64,000 nt of DNA from Verrucomicrobiales bacterium (GTDB taxonomy: Bacteria > Verrucomicrobiota > Verrucomicrobiia > Verrucomicrobiales > SLCJ01), in the NCBI GenBank assembly GCA_046075565.1, contig JBJTQJ010000104.1, positions 1 through 64,000 of the forward strand, in the 5' to 3' direction. A program made the position numbers and the translations under genes. Position 1 is the stretch's first letter, and the number at the start of each line of letters is the position of its first letter. Positions 29,939 through 41,221 of the stretch are shown here, piece after piece. Under the pieces are notes generated by a model. That model did no database searches. It saw only the letters and a program-made list of their open reading frames with translations, and had not been told where the DNA came from.

Positions 29939-32767
29939 TTACTTTTTCTTCGCTTTCTTCGCGGCTTTCTTGGCCGCTTTTTTCGAGGCAGCGGCCTCAG
30001 CCTTTTTCTCCTCTTCGATGGCGGCTTGGGCGGCAGCGAGGCGGGCGACGGGCACGCGGTAAGGCGAGCACGACACGTAGTTCAGGCCGAGTTTGTGGCA
30101 GAACTTGACCGAGTCGGGGTCGCCGCCGTGTTCACCGCAGATGCCGAGCTTGATGCCGGCGCGGGTGGCGCGGCCTTTGCTGACGGCCGTTTCCATGAGC
30201 TGGCCGACGCCGGTGGTGTCGAGGCTGGCGAACGGGTTCTTCTTGAAGACTTCGTTCTCGGTGTAGGGCATGAGGAACGAACCCATGTCGTCACGGCTGA
30301 TGCCGAGAGCGGTTTGGGTGAGGTCATTCGTGCCGAAGCTGAAGAACTCGGCGCCTTGGGCGATTTCGTCCGCGGTAAGCGCGCCACGGGGAACTTCGAT
30401 CATGGTGCCGACCTGGTAGTCGAACTTGATCTTCTTCTCGGCCATCACTTCGGCGGCGACGCGATGCACGATTTCCGCCTGAAGGTCGAATTCCTTCTTG
30501 AAGCCGACGAGCGGGATCATGACCTCCGGTTTGACCGGGATCTTCTTCTTCGCGACGGCGGCGGCCGCTTCGAAGACGGCGCGGGCCTGCATCTCGGTGA
30601 TTTCCGGATAGGCGATACCGAGACGGCAACCGCGGTGGCCGAGCATCGGGTTGAACTCGTGCAGGTCACGCACACGCTGCGAGATGAACTCGGTGGAAAT
30701 GCCGGTCTTCTGCGCGAGTTGGTTCTGCGACGAGTGGTCGTGCGGCAGGAACTCGTGAAGGGGCGGGTCGAGCAGACGGATGGTCGCCGGATGGCCCTTG
30801 AGGGCGGTGAAGATGCCGGTGAAGTCTTCGCGCTGATAGGGCAGAAGCTTCGCCAAGGCCTTCTTGCGGTTGTCGAGGCTGGTGGCGAGAATCATCTCGC
30901 GCATGGCATCGATGCGGTCGCCTTCGAAGAACATGTGCTCGGTGCGGGTCAGACCGATACCGGTGGCTCCGAACGCGAGGGCGATCCGGGTTTGCTCCGG
31001 CGTGTCGGCATTCGTGCGGACACCGAGTTTCGTGACCTTCGAGCACCATTCCATGAGTTGGAGGAAGCTCTTGAACTTCTCGGTTTTGCGCGCGGCCTTG
31101 TCGTTGCTAACGATGCCGGTGATGATCTCCGACGGGGCGGTTTGGATTTGGCCACCATAGACAACACCACTGGTGCCATCGATGGAGAGGTAGTCACCTT
31201 CCTTGAAGGTCTTGCCGGAAGCGCTCACGGTGAGCTTGGTGTAATCGATCTCGATGGCCGAGGCACCGCAAACGCAGACCTTGCCCATTTGGCGGGCGAC
31301 GAGCGCGGCGTGTGAGGAAACCCCGCCTTTGGCGGTGAGGATACCTTCGGCGGCGATCATGCCACGAAGGTCTTCAGGGGAGGTTTCGTTGCGGACAAGA
31401 AGGACTTTTTCACCCTTCTCGGCGGCGGCGGCGGCGCGGTCGGCGTTGAGGTAAATCTTACCGGAAGCAGCACCGGGGCCGGCTGGCAGACCGGAGGCGA
31501 TGGGCTTGGCTTTCTTCACTTCCGCGACGTCGAAGATCGGGGCAAGGAGTTGGTCGAGTTGGTCGGCCGGGTTGCGGAGCACGGCGGTCTTCCAGTCGAT
31601 GAGCTTTTCCTTCACCATGTCCATGGAGAATTTGAGTGCGGCAGCGGCGGTGCGTTTGCCGTTCCGGGTCTGCAGCATGAAAAGCTTGCCTTCCTGGATG
31701 GTGAACTCGACGTCCTGCACGTCCTTGAAGTGCTTTTCCAGGGTGGCGCGAACTTTGAGCAGTTCGGCAAACGGCTTGGGCATTTGTTTCTTCAACAGGG
31801 CCACCGGCTCGGGGGTCCGCACGCCGGCGACGACGTCTTCACCTTGGGCGTTGATGAGGAACTCGCCGTAGAACTCGTTGGCTCCGTTGGCCGGGTTACG
31901 GGTGAAGGCGACGCCGGATCCGGAATTGTCCCCAGTGTTGCCGTAAACCATGGCTTGCACGTTGACGGCGGTGCCCCACTCGGCGGGGATGTTGTATTTG
32001 CGGCGGTAAACAATGGCGCGGTCGTTCATCCAGGAACCGAAGACGGCTCCAGCGGCTCCACGCAATTGATCCCACGGGCTGGCCGGGAAGCTCTTGCCGG
32101 TGCGTTTTTTGACGAGGGCCTTGAAGCGCTTGACCAGTTCCTGTTGGTCTTCGGCGGTCAGGTCGGAATCAACGATGTCCTTGCCGTATTTTTCGTGTTT
32201 GAAGCCTTCGATGACGGTCTCGAACGGTTCATGGTCTTCATCGGGGCGCTTCTGCACGCCGAGCACGACGTCGCCATACATCTGGACGAAACGGCGGTAG
32301 CAGTCCCAGGCGAAACGGGCATTCTTGGTCGCTTTGGCGAGCGATTGCACGGTCTCGTCGTTGAGGCCGAGGTTGAGGATGGTGTCCATCATGCCGGGCA
32401 TGGAATCCCGGGCGCCGGAGCGAACGGCCACAAGCAGCGGCATGCCCTTGGCATCGCCGAATTTGCAGCCCATGATTTTCTCCATGTTGGCCACACCGGC
32501 TTCCATCTGCGCCTGCAGAGAAGTAGGGTAAGTGCGCTTGTGGGCGTAATAGTAAGTGCAAACTTCCGTGGTGATGGTGAATCCCGGAGGCACGGGAAGA
32601 CCGATGCGGGTCATTTCGGCGAGGTTGGCTCCCTTGCCGCCGAGCAGGGCTTTCATCGAGCCGTCGCCGTCGGCTTTGTTCGCTCCCCAGGTGTAAACAT
32701 ATTTTTCGGATTTTGATTTTCCGCCGGTGGCGGCTTTCTTCGCCGCTTTCTTCGCTTTGGTGGCCAT
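29939..32767 (-). CDS. ppdK: Pyruvate, phosphate dikinase
   Basis: [53 protein letters not shown]; start at MATKAKK. Confidence 0.98.
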   Translation of the reverse strand: MATKAKKAAKKAATGGKSKSEKYVYTWGANKADGDGSMKALLGGKGANLAEMTRIGLPVPPGFTITTEVCTYYYAHKRTYPTSLQAQMEAGVANMEKIMGCKFGDAKGMPLLVAVRSGARDSMPGMMDTILNLGLNDETVQSLAKATKNARFAWDCYRRFVQMYGDVVLGVQKRPDEDHEPFETVIEGFKHEKYGKDIVDSDLTAEDQQELVKRFKALVKKRTGKSFPASPWDQLRGAAGAVFGSWMNDRAIVYRRKYNIPAEWGTAVNVQAMVYGNTGDNSGSGVAFTRNPANGANEFYGEFLINAQGEDVVAGVRTPEPVALLKKQMPKPFAELLKVRATLEKHFKDVQDVEFTIQEGKLFMLQTRNGKRTAAAALKFSMDMVKEKLIDWKTAVLRNPADQLDQLLAPIFDVAEVKKAKPIASGLPAGPGAASGKIYLNADRAAAAAEKGEKVLLVRNETSPEDLRGMIAAEGILTAKGGVSSHAALVARQMGKVCVCGASAIEIDYTKLTVSASGKTFKEGDYLSIDGTSGVVYGGQIQTAPSEIITGIVSNDKAARKTEKFKSFLQLMEWCSKVTKLGVRTNADTPEQTRIALAFGATGIGLTRTEHMFFEGDRIDAMREMILATSLDNRKKALAKLLPYQREDFTGIFTALKGHPATIRLLDPPLHEFLPHDHSSQNQLAQKTGISTEFISQRVRDLHEFNPMLGHRGCRLGIAYPEITEMQARAVFEAAAAVAKKKIPVKPEVMIPLVGFKKEFDLQAEIVHRVAAEVMAEKKIKFDYQVGTMIEVPRGALTADEIAQGAEFFSFGTNDLTQTALGISRDDMGSFLMPYTENEVFKKNPFASLDTTGVGQLMETAVSKGRATRAGIKLGICGEHGGDPDSVKFCHKLGLNYVSCSPYRVPVARLAAAQAAIEEEKKAEAAASKKAAKKAAKKAKKK

Positions 32768-33041
32768 GATGGATGATTGGGTGGTGTGTAAGATCCCGCC
32801 GGTGTTTGGCGGACCGGAAATCCGGCCCGGGGGCGGAGCCGAAAATAATAAACGCTCGCGGAATAGAGTCAACGTCGGTTTGACAGGATGGCCTAAAAAA
32901 ACGATATAAATGTCCGCATTTTGTTTTCAGGCTCGCCTGAGCGGGCATTTCGGCCGCTTTGGCGCCCGCCGGATCGTGCCCGGGCGCATCGCGGATTTCT
33001 GAACGAAGCCAGCCAGTTTTGGCGTAGCTCTCACTCTCAGA

Positions 33042-35453
33042 ATGGACACAAAACGAGTTTTTCCGATTTGCATTGGTGCGGCCATCATCATGGCGGGTTG
33101 TATCCCGCAAGTTGCCGCGAATGAGATTCCGCTGCATCTGCCCAAACCCGATGGGAAATCCGGTGATCCGACCAAACCGGTGAAGGTTTATATCCTCGCC
33201 GGGCAATCCAACATGGTCGGTATGGGCGACCTCTCCGGTGCCCGACCGCCTTTTCCCAACCAGTTTCTCAGCGCCGACCCGGCCGTAATCACGGGAGCCT
33301 CGCCCATCGGCGAGAACTCCGGCGGCAAGCCGATCAGTTGGCTGCCCGTCGCCCGGCACGGGGTGTTCGATGCCAAGGCCGCCGTTGTTGAGGGTGCCGT
33401 CGGCACAGCGAAAGCGGACCCTGCCAAAGCGGTTCCGATCGCCCTCGGCACCGTGTCGGAAAATCTTCCCGTCGCGGGAGAAGGGCAAACCGTGGTGGTC
33501 ACCGCCGAAATCGATGTCCCCGCCAGTGGCATTTATACCCTCCATGCGGGTTTTGGGGACAGCTCGCACAACGTGGTGCAACTCGACGGCAAGGAAGTCT
33601 ATCGCAAAGAGATCGGTGCCGCGCCCGTGGTCACGAAAATCCCCCTCGAGGCCGGCAAACGCTATCCGATTCAGATCACGTATTCCAAAAGCGGGTCAGC
33701 CGCTTTCTGGATGGAGCAAGTCGACATTGAAGGCAAAGGCGACTTGAAATATCTCACGTCCAAAGACGGCAAATTCACCTATCTCCTTGATGCTGCCGGA
33801 GCCTGGAGCGCGCGCCACGACGTGACCTACACCGATCCGCGCCTTTTTCCCGACCGTGCCAGTTCGCCGTTGTCCGCGAGCTCCAACAATGGGAAGTCAA
33901 TTGGACCCGAACTCGGCTTTGGCGCCGTCATGGGAGAATTCCATGGCGAGCAAGTCCTGTTGATCAAGACCGCCATGGGCAACCGGTCGCTGCGGTTCGA
34001 TTTTCGTCCGCCCTCGAGTGGCAGGAATGAACCCGACAACAAATACGAAGCTTACGAATACCATGCCATGGTTCAGGGCGTGCGGGATACGCTCGCGAAG
34101 ATTGACAAGGTTGTGCCTGGTTATGCCGGACAAGGCTATGAGATCGCCGGTTTTGGATGGTTCCAAGGCCACAAGGATAGCGGCTCGACCAAAGAAGAAT
34201 ATGAGAAGTGCCTGGTGGACATGATCAATGATGTCCGTAAGGAATTCAAATCTCCGAAGCTGCCGGTCGTCGTGGCCACGGTCGCTTTCGGCGGCTACCG
34301 GATCACTGAAGGGAATTGGAAAGGGGTATGGGAGGCGCAGATGGCCGTCGGTGACCCGAAGCAACATCCGGATTTCTCCGGCACGGTGGCTTCGGTGGAT
34401 ACACGCGAATTCTGGCGCGAGCGCATCGAGTCGCCTGCCGATCAGGATTACCACTACAACCGGAATCCTGAAACGTACCTTTTGATCGGCGAAGCCATGG
34501 GACGCGCCATGGTGAACCTGCTCGGTGGCAAGGCTGCCGGAATTCCGAAATCTGATCGCGAGGCCAAGTATGCCGCTGCTGTCGCTGCCGCGGCCGCCGA
34601 AGCCGCGAAACCGGAGCCCACACATGAACAGAAAACCGCTTCGCTGGCCGCGCTCAAACCGATGCTTCTCGATGGTGCCCTCGCCGCTTATCTGGCCAAT
34701 CCGCGCTACCAGCCTGCCGTGCAATCGGCAAGCAAAGGGGAACGTCCCGCGAAGATGCCATCGCTGCTTCCGGATTCATTGGATGAAGTGGCCGACTTCC
34801 ATCGTTTTGCCGGCGACGCGGATTATGACTGGAAACCATTCGTTCCCGCGGTCAAGGATGCGGCGTGGGACTATTATGCTTATGATCTGCCAGCCGGATA
34901 CGACAAGGCGAAAGGACTCCCCGATCTCAAGATGGTTCATCCCTCCGGCATGGAGAATTGGTTCGCGCCGGACTTTGATGCTAAAAAGGCCGGCTGGCTG
35001 AGCGGGGCGGCCCCATTCGGCGTGGCCAAGGACACGATGGCCTATCCGGAGTGGTATGGTTCCAGCAAACGCGGGCCCGTAAAAACGATTGCCGAGAAAG
35101 ACGTGCTCTTGCTCCGCCAGACCATCGATGTCCCGCCATTGAAGGACGGTCATCGTTACCGCATTCGGGTGTCCGGCAGTGCGCACCTCAATCACGGAGA
35201 AGGTTATGCCATCTACATCAATGGCAAGTTGCTCGGCGAATCCATGGCCGGGATCACCGCTTGGCGCAGGGAAGGGGGCAAGCCGCGGGGTAGTCATGTC
35301 TGGGCGGACTTCCGCGATGAATTTAGAAATGGCAAAGTGACCATCGCCATCGCAAACTTTCCCATGAACAATAACAAGGCTGACGGATTCCTTCCGGCCG
35401 GCCAACCACTTTCCGTATGGCTGGAGGAAATGAAAACTCCTCCGGTTGACTGA
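33042..35453 (+). CDS. Secreted SGNH/SASA (sialate O-acetylesterase-like) multidomain protein
   Basis: ILAGQSNMVG, IGPELGFG, WFQGHKD, DYHYN; PA14-like insert and C-terminal beta-sandwich. Confidence 0.8.
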   Translation: MDTKRVFPICIGAAIIMAGCIPQVAANEIPLHLPKPDGKSGDPTKPVKVYILAGQSNMVGMGDLSGARPPFPNQFLSADPAVITGASPIGENSGGKPISWLPVARHGVFDAKAAVVEGAVGTAKADPAKAVPIALGTVSENLPVAGEGQTVVVTAEIDVPASGIYTLHAGFGDSSHNVVQLDGKEVYRKEIGAAPVVTKIPLEAGKRYPIQITYSKSGSAAFWMEQVDIEGKGDLKYLTSKDGKFTYLLDAAGAWSARHDVTYTDPRLFPDRASSPLSASSNNGKSIGPELGFGAVMGEFHGEQVLLIKTAMGNRSLRFDFRPPSSGRNEPDNKYEAYEYHAMVQGVRDTLAKIDKVVPGYAGQGYEIAGFGWFQGHKDSGSTKEEYEKCLVDMINDVRKEFKSPKLPVVVATVAFGGYRITEGNWKGVWEAQMAVGDPKQHPDFSGTVASVDTREFWRERIESPADQDYHYNRNPETYLLIGEAMGRAMVNLLGGKAAGIPKSDREAKYAAAVAAAAAEAAKPEPTHEQKTASLAALKPMLLDGALAAYLANPRYQPAVQSASKGERPAKMPSLLPDSLDEVADFHRFAGDADYDWKPFVPAVKDAAWDYYAYDLPAGYDKAKGLPDLKMVHPSGMENWFAPDFDAKKAGWLSGAAPFGVAKDTMAYPEWYGSSKRGPVKTIAEKDVLLLRQTIDVPPLKDGHRYRIRVSGSAHLNHGEGYAIYINGKLLGESMAGITAWRREGGKPRGSHVWADFRDEFRNGKVTIAIANFPMNNNKADGFLPAGQPLSVWLEEMKTPPVD

Positions 35454-35475
35454 ATAAAACACGCTCACTTCCCTC

Positions 35476-36879
35476 ATGAAATCAGCATCACGTTCCATTA
35501 TCCGCCGAGCTTCCGCTTGGATGCTCGCGGCATTCGCCCTTGCCGCGCCGCTTCACGCCGCCGAGCGCAAACCCAACTTCATCTTCGTCATTGCCGATGA
35601 CCACCGCTGGGATGCCATGGGAGCCGTGCAAAAGGAACATGGCGAAAAGGCACGCTACCCTTGGTTCGAAACCCCGTCCATGGATCGGCTCGCTGCCGAT
35701 GGCGTGCGTTTCCGCAACGCGTTCATCACGCACTCGATTTGTTCGCCCGGCCGCGCCGGCTTTCTCACGGGCCAATACACCCATGTCAACGGCGTGATGG
35801 ATAACAACACCCCGTTTCCGGAAAAATCCGTAACCCATGCCTCTCTTCTTGGTGAGGCTGGTTATCGCACCGCCTACTTCGGCAAATGGCACATGGGCAA
35901 CCAACGGACCAGGCCTGGCTTCCAGCATTTCGCCAGTTTCATCGATCAGGGAAATTATCAGGATTGCCCGGTTGTAATCAATGGGGTGGTTACGCCAACC
36001 AAAGGCTGGATTGATGATATCTCGACCGACTACGCCATCGACTGGATCAAGGCCAACCGTGAGGCGCCATTTTCCATGGTCCTTGGATTCAAGAGCCCGC
36101 ACAACAAACGCGGTGGCAATGGTCTTCCGGAACGTCTGCGCAATCTCTATGAGGGAAAAACCACCAATCGAACTCCCAACTGCGATATCGCAGCCATTTA
36201 TCACAAACCGCTCAATCCAGAGGACGCGGGCAAGGAGCGCGGGCTTTCCGCCAATTCAGTGCATCTCGACTACCTGCGCCACATCAAGGGCATCGACGAG
36301 AATCTCGGTCGCTTGCTGGACACGCTCGATGAACTCGGGCTTGCTGATGACACCGTGGTTGTTTACTCCAGCGACAACGGGTATTTCCTCGGGGAGCGCG
36401 GCCTCGGCGACAAACGAGCCCTTTACGAGGAAGGATTGCGTATTCCCTACATCGTCCGCTACCCGCGCCTCTTCCCCAAGGGCAAGATCGTCGACGAGCT
36501 GGTGACCAATCTCGACCTTGCTCCCACTTGGCTCGATCTCGCAGGACTACCCGCGAATGCCGGAATGCAGGGCGCCAGTTTCAAGGATCTCGCCTCTGGC
36601 AAGAAACCCGCCAATTGGCGCACTTCATTCCTCGCCTACTACCGCAAGGAGCTCGGCGATACACCTACTTGCCACGGTGTCCGCACCGAGAACGCCAAAC
36701 TCATCGTTTATCCCGGACGTCCGGAATGGACCGAGGTCTATGATTTGAAGGACGACCCCTACGAACTGAAAAATCTCCCCGCCGACGGGCCATTGGCCGC
36801 AAGTCTCAAGGCTGAACTCGAGAAAAAGATGCAGGAGGTCGGGTTCAAGCCAAAAGGGATGAGCCCGCATCAACCATGA
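35476..36879 (+). CDS. Sulfatase (S1, Cys-type; GlcNAc-6-sulfatase-like)
   Basis: ADDHRWD, CSPGRAGFLTG, GKWHMG, SDNGYFLGE, DKRALYEE. Confidence 0.93.
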   Translation: MKSASRSIIRRASAWMLAAFALAAPLHAAERKPNFIFVIADDHRWDAMGAVQKEHGEKARYPWFETPSMDRLAADGVRFRNAFITHSICSPGRAGFLTGQYTHVNGVMDNNTPFPEKSVTHASLLGEAGYRTAYFGKWHMGNQRTRPGFQHFASFIDQGNYQDCPVVINGVVTPTKGWIDDISTDYAIDWIKANREAPFSMVLGFKSPHNKRGGNGLPERLRNLYEGKTTNRTPNCDIAAIYHKPLNPEDAGKERGLSANSVHLDYLRHIKGIDENLGRLLDTLDELGLADDTVVVYSSDNGYFLGERGLGDKRALYEEGLRIPYIVRYPRLFPKGKIVDELVTNLDLAPTWLDLAGLPANAGMQGASFKDLASGKKPANWRTSFLAYYRKELGDTPTCHGVRTENAKLIVYPGRPEWTEVYDLKDDPYELKNLPADGPLAASLKAELEKKMQEVGFKPKGMSPHQP

Positions 36880-38432
36880 AGTCCGACTCCACCCGGTATG
36901 ATGCGATTGTGGTCGGTGGCGGTCACAATGGCCTCGTGGCAGCGACCTATCTCGCCAAAGCGGGCAAGCGTGTCTTACTTCTCGAAGCCCGTGATGAAAT
37001 GGGTGGCGCGACCACCAGCGTCAAAACATTTCCCGACTACGAGGCCCGGCTCTCACGTTACGCTTATCTGGTTTCGTTGCTGCCGGATCAAATCGTCGCG
37101 GACCTCGGCCTGAATTTCAAGACCCTGCCGCGCTCCGTTGCTTCCTATACGCCTTACCATCGCGACGGTCGGCAAGACGGGCTTCTTATTTCGTCCGATT
37201 GGGACAGCCGCACGGAGCAGAGCTTCAGAAAGCTGACAGGATCGGACAAGGAGGGCCAGGCATGGCGAGAGTTTTACGGAGAGATCGCGGAACTGGCCCG
37301 GCGGCTCGCGCCGACCATGCTCGAGCCGTTACAATCCGCCTCCAAACTCAAGTCCGCCGTCGGCCTGCCTCAGGTGTGGCGGAATCTCATGGAGGTGCCT
37401 ATCGGCCAGGTCCTTCACGAACGATTCCATGACGACCTCGTCCGTGGCGTTGTTTTCACCGATGCTTTGATCGGGACTTTCGCGTCGTCCGATGACCTGC
37501 AGGCCAACCGCTGCTTCCTCTATCATCTTATCGGCAATGGCTCCGGGCAGTGGCATGTTCCACAGGGTGGCATGGGAGCGCTGGTCAAGGAATTGATTCG
37601 TGTCGCGTTGGCTGCGGGTGTGGAAATCAAATCACGCTCCATGGTCACCGCGTTGGAAAGCGGACCGTCCGGCGTGCGCGTGGAAACGGAGTCCGGGCAC
37701 GTGCATGTGGCGAAAGACCTGCTCTTCGCCGCCGCCCCTCAATACCTGGCCAGACTGCGCGGGCAGCCGGAGCCGGAATCCTTGGAAGGTTCGCAGCTGA
37801 AAATCAACATGCTGCTGACCAGATTGCCCCGCCTCAAATCAGGAGAGGATCCCCGGCTCGCTTTCGCGGGCACCTTCCACGTGAACGAGAGTTTTTCCCA
37901 ATTCGAAGCGGCTTATACCACTGCCCGTGCCGGTGGGATGCCGAGTCCTCTGCCTTTGGAAATCTATTGCCATACCCTCACCGATCCGACAATCCTTGCC
38001 CCGGAGTTGGTGGAGGGAGGTTTTCACACGCTCACGCTTTTTGGATTCCACACACCGGCCGCACGCTTTGATGCCGACCCCGAAGGAACCAAGGCTTTGG
38101 CCAAGGAGTATGCACTGGCCAGCCTGAATGAATATCTGCTCGATCCGATCGAATCCGTCCTCGCCCCCTGCCGCGATGGCTCGCTTGCCATCGAAGTGAA
38201 ATCACCGCTCGATCTGGAGAACGACATTTCCCTTCCTAGGGGAAATATTTTCCACCGGGATCTGGATTTCCCCTTCCTTGAGGACGACCTAGCATCGGCA
38301 TCTGGAAAATCGTGGGGGGCGGAAACCGACGATCCCCACATCTATCTCGCCGGGGCAGGTGCCCGGCGCGGCGGAGGAGTCAGTGGCATCGCCGGTCACA
38401 ATGCCGCCATGGCTCTGCTCGCGAAGTCTTGA
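36876..38432 (+). CDS. FAD-dependent oxidoreductase, phytoene dehydrogenase-like
   Basis: GGGHNGLVAA, GGMGAL, GNIFH, GGGVSGIAGHNAA; ATGA overlap with the sulfatase. Confidence 0.9.
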   Translation: MKSDSTRYDAIVVGGGHNGLVAATYLAKAGKRVLLLEARDEMGGATTSVKTFPDYEARLSRYAYLVSLLPDQIVADLGLNFKTLPRSVASYTPYHRDGRQDGLLISSDWDSRTEQSFRKLTGSDKEGQAWREFYGEIAELARRLAPTMLEPLQSASKLKSAVGLPQVWRNLMEVPIGQVLHERFHDDLVRGVVFTDALIGTFASSDDLQANRCFLYHLIGNGSGQWHVPQGGMGALVKELIRVALAAGVEIKSRSMVTALESGPSGVRVETESGHVHVAKDLLFAAAPQYLARLRGQPEPESLEGSQLKINMLLTRLPRLKSGEDPRLAFAGTFHVNESFSQFEAAYTTARAGGMPSPLPLEIYCHTLTDPTILAPELVEGGFHTLTLFGFHTPAARFDADPEGTKALAKEYALASLNEYLLDPIESVLAPCRDGSLAIEVKSPLDLENDISLPRGNIFHRDLDFPFLEDDLASASGKSWGAETDDPHIYLAGAGARRGGGVSGIAGHNAAMALLAKS

Positions 38433-38451
38433 TGGCAAATTCCTTCGCAAC

Positions 38452-39483
38452 ATGAGCTGGAAAAAATTCGAGAGTGTCACGCTGCACGTCGGCCACGACA
38501 AAACCGGCTCCACGGCCATTCAGAGTGCCATGGACACGCACAGGGAAAGTCTGCTCGCGGAAGGCTATCTGTACCCGAACGGGCGCTGGCACGCCCCGCT
38601 CGGATCTTATTTCCACGATGAGCCTGAGAAATACGATGGCAATCCGTTAGCCAGCCGCGAGGAAATCCGAAGGCTTGACGCCGAATGGATGAAACGTTTG
38701 TTGGTTGAACTTGATTCGACCTCCGCGCGCCATGTGGTTTTTTCCTACGAGGGCTTTTTCAATCTACCCGAGTCCACCTGGCGGCGCATCCGGGAGTTTT
38801 TCCTCCGTCATACCGCTCAGATCCGCATCGTGGGATATTGCCGCAGACCGGAGGATTACGCGATCAGCGCCATCAGCCAGCAGATCAAATCCGGAAGGAT
38901 TCCTTGGGGCCGCTATACGGGAAAATTGGCAGAGCTGCGATTGGCCACCGCCTCGCGTGCTTCCGATTGGCGTCTCGGCCTGCCCATCGTGTTCTACAAG
39001 AACAATCTTCCGAAGATGCAGCGGATTTTCGGTAAAGAAAACATGGTGATCCGGAAGTTCGGGCGCGATGAATTGACCGGGGGCGACGTGGTGGCGGATT
39101 TCCTGTCCATCTTCGATTTGTCCGATCCGCTGATCCGGAAAGTTTCCAGTTCGCGCGTTCGGGAAAATCCATCGCTTGGCGCGGCGGCCATCCAAACGGG
39201 CCTGTACCTCCTCCGTAGGCGCGACGAGCTGAGAATCTCTGCGGACGAATCACGGACGAAGATTGTTCCTTTGTTAGAAGAGATTCCCGGGTCCAAACCC
39301 GTCTTGCACGAAGACGAGCGGTGGCGCGTCCTCGAGGCATCGAGAAAAGAATCGGTTTATCTGGACGAGGAATGGGCGAGCCATTTTGACGACCCGGTCA
39401 TTTTGCGAAGCACGCCGCCGATGCTTTCGGATAAGGAACTCCAATCCCTGGCAGGCGAGCTCTTGAAGCGCGCTGGATTCTGA
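38452..39483 (+). CDS. Sulfotransferase-like P-loop protein (polysaccharide-associated)
   Basis: LHVGHDKTGSTAIQ, FSYEGF, YCRRP..YAISAISQ, GDVVADF, ENPSL. Confidence 0.7.
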   Translation: MSWKKFESVTLHVGHDKTGSTAIQSAMDTHRESLLAEGYLYPNGRWHAPLGSYFHDEPEKYDGNPLASREEIRRLDAEWMKRLLVELDSTSARHVVFSYEGFFNLPESTWRRIREFFLRHTAQIRIVGYCRRPEDYAISAISQQIKSGRIPWGRYTGKLAELRLATASRASDWRLGLPIVFYKNNLPKMQRIFGKENMVIRKFGRDELTGGDVVADFLSIFDLSDPLIRKVSSSRVRENPSLGAAAIQTGLYLLRRRDELRISADESRTKIVPLLEEIPGSKPVLHEDERWRVLEASRKESVYLDEEWASHFDDPVILRSTPPMLSDKELQSLAGELLKRAGF

Positions 39484-39560
39484 TAGCGAGGCTGCTGCCG
39501 CCCTGCCGGCTTTTCTCAGACATTCCTTGATGCCGGGACGAACGCACCGCTGGTCTCGAC

Positions 39561-41069
39561 CTATTTGCCCATATTATCGATCATCACCTTCAAGAGGAGA
39601 TTCTCATAGTGCTCCTTGATTTCCATTTCGCGTTCGGCTCTGGCCGCCATCTCCTTGTTTTGCTTGAGGGAGTTGGAAATCGCCGAGGCCAGGAGTTTGT
39701 TGGTCTGGGCGAGACGACGGCAGGCATCGGCAATTGATTTGTGCCTTTTGGGAAGCGTGTCGAGCAAGGCCTCCACTTCCTTCAGATACTCCCGTGCTTG
39801 TCTGATGGACAAGTAGGCGGCGCCATTGTGGCTTGGTGGCTCGAATGGTCTCGAAACGGCCAGTTCATCCAAAACAGCCTGTTTCGCCACCTTATCGATG
39901 GGGCGGGCCACAAGCTCGCGAATCAAGCCGAGAACCACGGTGCCAACTGTCTTGAACTGATGATGCTCGCGAACCCATGCCAGGGATTTCTTCCCGAGGC
40001 TTCGTGCCGCTTCCTGGTTCGCATGGCATTCCCGCATGGCAGAGGCGGCGGCATCCAGATCCGGCTCGGCCCATTCCTCGTCTTCCGGATAGTGAATCGA
40101 GCCCGGGCCGATCGCTGATTTGTGGAATGGAATCGGATAGCTGTGCTCCGGGAGTGTGAAGTCGAGGTTTCCGGAATACGCCGTGGCGATACAAGGTTTA
40201 CCCTGCGCCATCGCCTCCAGGATGGTCATGCCGAGTCCTTCACTGCGGTGCAACGACACGTAGGCATCACAGCGGCTAACCAATGCATTGCGGTCGCTCT
40301 CCGAAAGGTATTCGTCGATAAGAATGATATCCGCTCGGCTTGTGAATCTGGCTTTCAGATACATCGCTTGGCGCAGGTGTTCCTGCGCATGGCTGGATTT
40401 CACCACGAGGATAGGCCCACCGGGTTCCTGGGTTGGAAAGGCCCGGGTAAAAGCCTCACACAGCCCGTCGGGGTTCTTGCGCTTGAAACAGCTGTAGTAG
40501 TCGAAGCTGAAGAGGAAGAGATACCGGCCCTCGAAGTCGAATCTGCTTCCAACATCAGCGCCCTCGTTTTCAGGGAATGGCAAGGGAGCTGGAAAGACCC
40601 GCACGGGAAGTCCAAGGCCTTTGCCGAACGATTGGGCAAGGAAACGTGTGGTGCACCATACCTCATCAAAGTAGGGAGCACAGGCCTTCGCGGAGTCCGG
40701 AATATCCTCCGTTTCCCAATAGGGTAGGATGACGGTCCTTGCATTTACAAAGAAATCCGCAGGGAGATTCGGCAGGAGCTGCGGGATATGCTCGGGATTC
40801 AGATGCAGGATGCGGACCGCTGCTTCCGGTGAAGGTTGGCTGGACGGCAATTCCTCGGTGGTGAAATCCACTCGTGCCCGCCCCTTCAAGGGCACAGCAA
40901 TCGGACGCACCGGGCAACCCACCGTCCGCAGAGCCTGCACCAGCGTCCGTGCCGTTCCCCCGAGGCCTATGGCCGAGTTGAGGAATCCATACACTTCCAC
41001 CAAGGGCGCCTTTGTGGTCGCCGATTCGCCGGGAGCGGCTGGGTCCGATGGCGGGGCGGCTTTCTTCAT
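39561..41069 (-). CDS. Glycosyltransferase family 4 with C-terminal coiled coil
   Basis: RKNPDGL, YVSLHRSEGLGMTILEAMAQGKP, WAEPD. Confidence 0.9.
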   Translation of the reverse strand: MKKAAPPSDPAAPGESATTKAPLVEVYGFLNSAIGLGGTARTLVQALRTVGCPVRPIAVPLKGRARVDFTTEELPSSQPSPEAAVRILHLNPEHIPQLLPNLPADFFVNARTVILPYWETEDIPDSAKACAPYFDEVWCTTRFLAQSFGKGLGLPVRVFPAPLPFPENEGADVGSRFDFEGRYLFLFSFDYYSCFKRKNPDGLCEAFTRAFPTQEPGGPILVVKSSHAQEHLRQAMYLKARFTSRADIILIDEYLSESDRNALVSRCDAYVSLHRSEGLGMTILEAMAQGKPCIATAYSGNLDFTLPEHSYPIPFHKSAIGPGSIHYPEDEEWAEPDLDAAASAMRECHANQEAARSLGKKSLAWVREHHQFKTVGTVVLGLIRELVARPIDKVAKQAVLDELAVSRPFEPPSHNGAAYLSIRQAREYLKEVEALLDTLPKRHKSIADACRRLAQTNKLLASAISNSLKQNKEMAARAEREMEIKEHYENLLLKVMIDNMGK

Positions 41070-41221
41070 TCGGGAGTGCGTGCTTGGATGCTTTTGCTCG
41101 GAGTGTTCGTCCCGACAATGAGTCGATATCTATAGCGTCATGGTCCGCACAGGCAAGCGGAATGGAAAGATGAACCGGACTTTTCGCATGCCTTTCGGTT
41201 TCTTGCCAAAGGCACGCGTCA

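Noticed and set aside
29921-32716. Plus-strand ORFs of 464 and 388 aa
   Set aside because: Antisense shadows of ppdK
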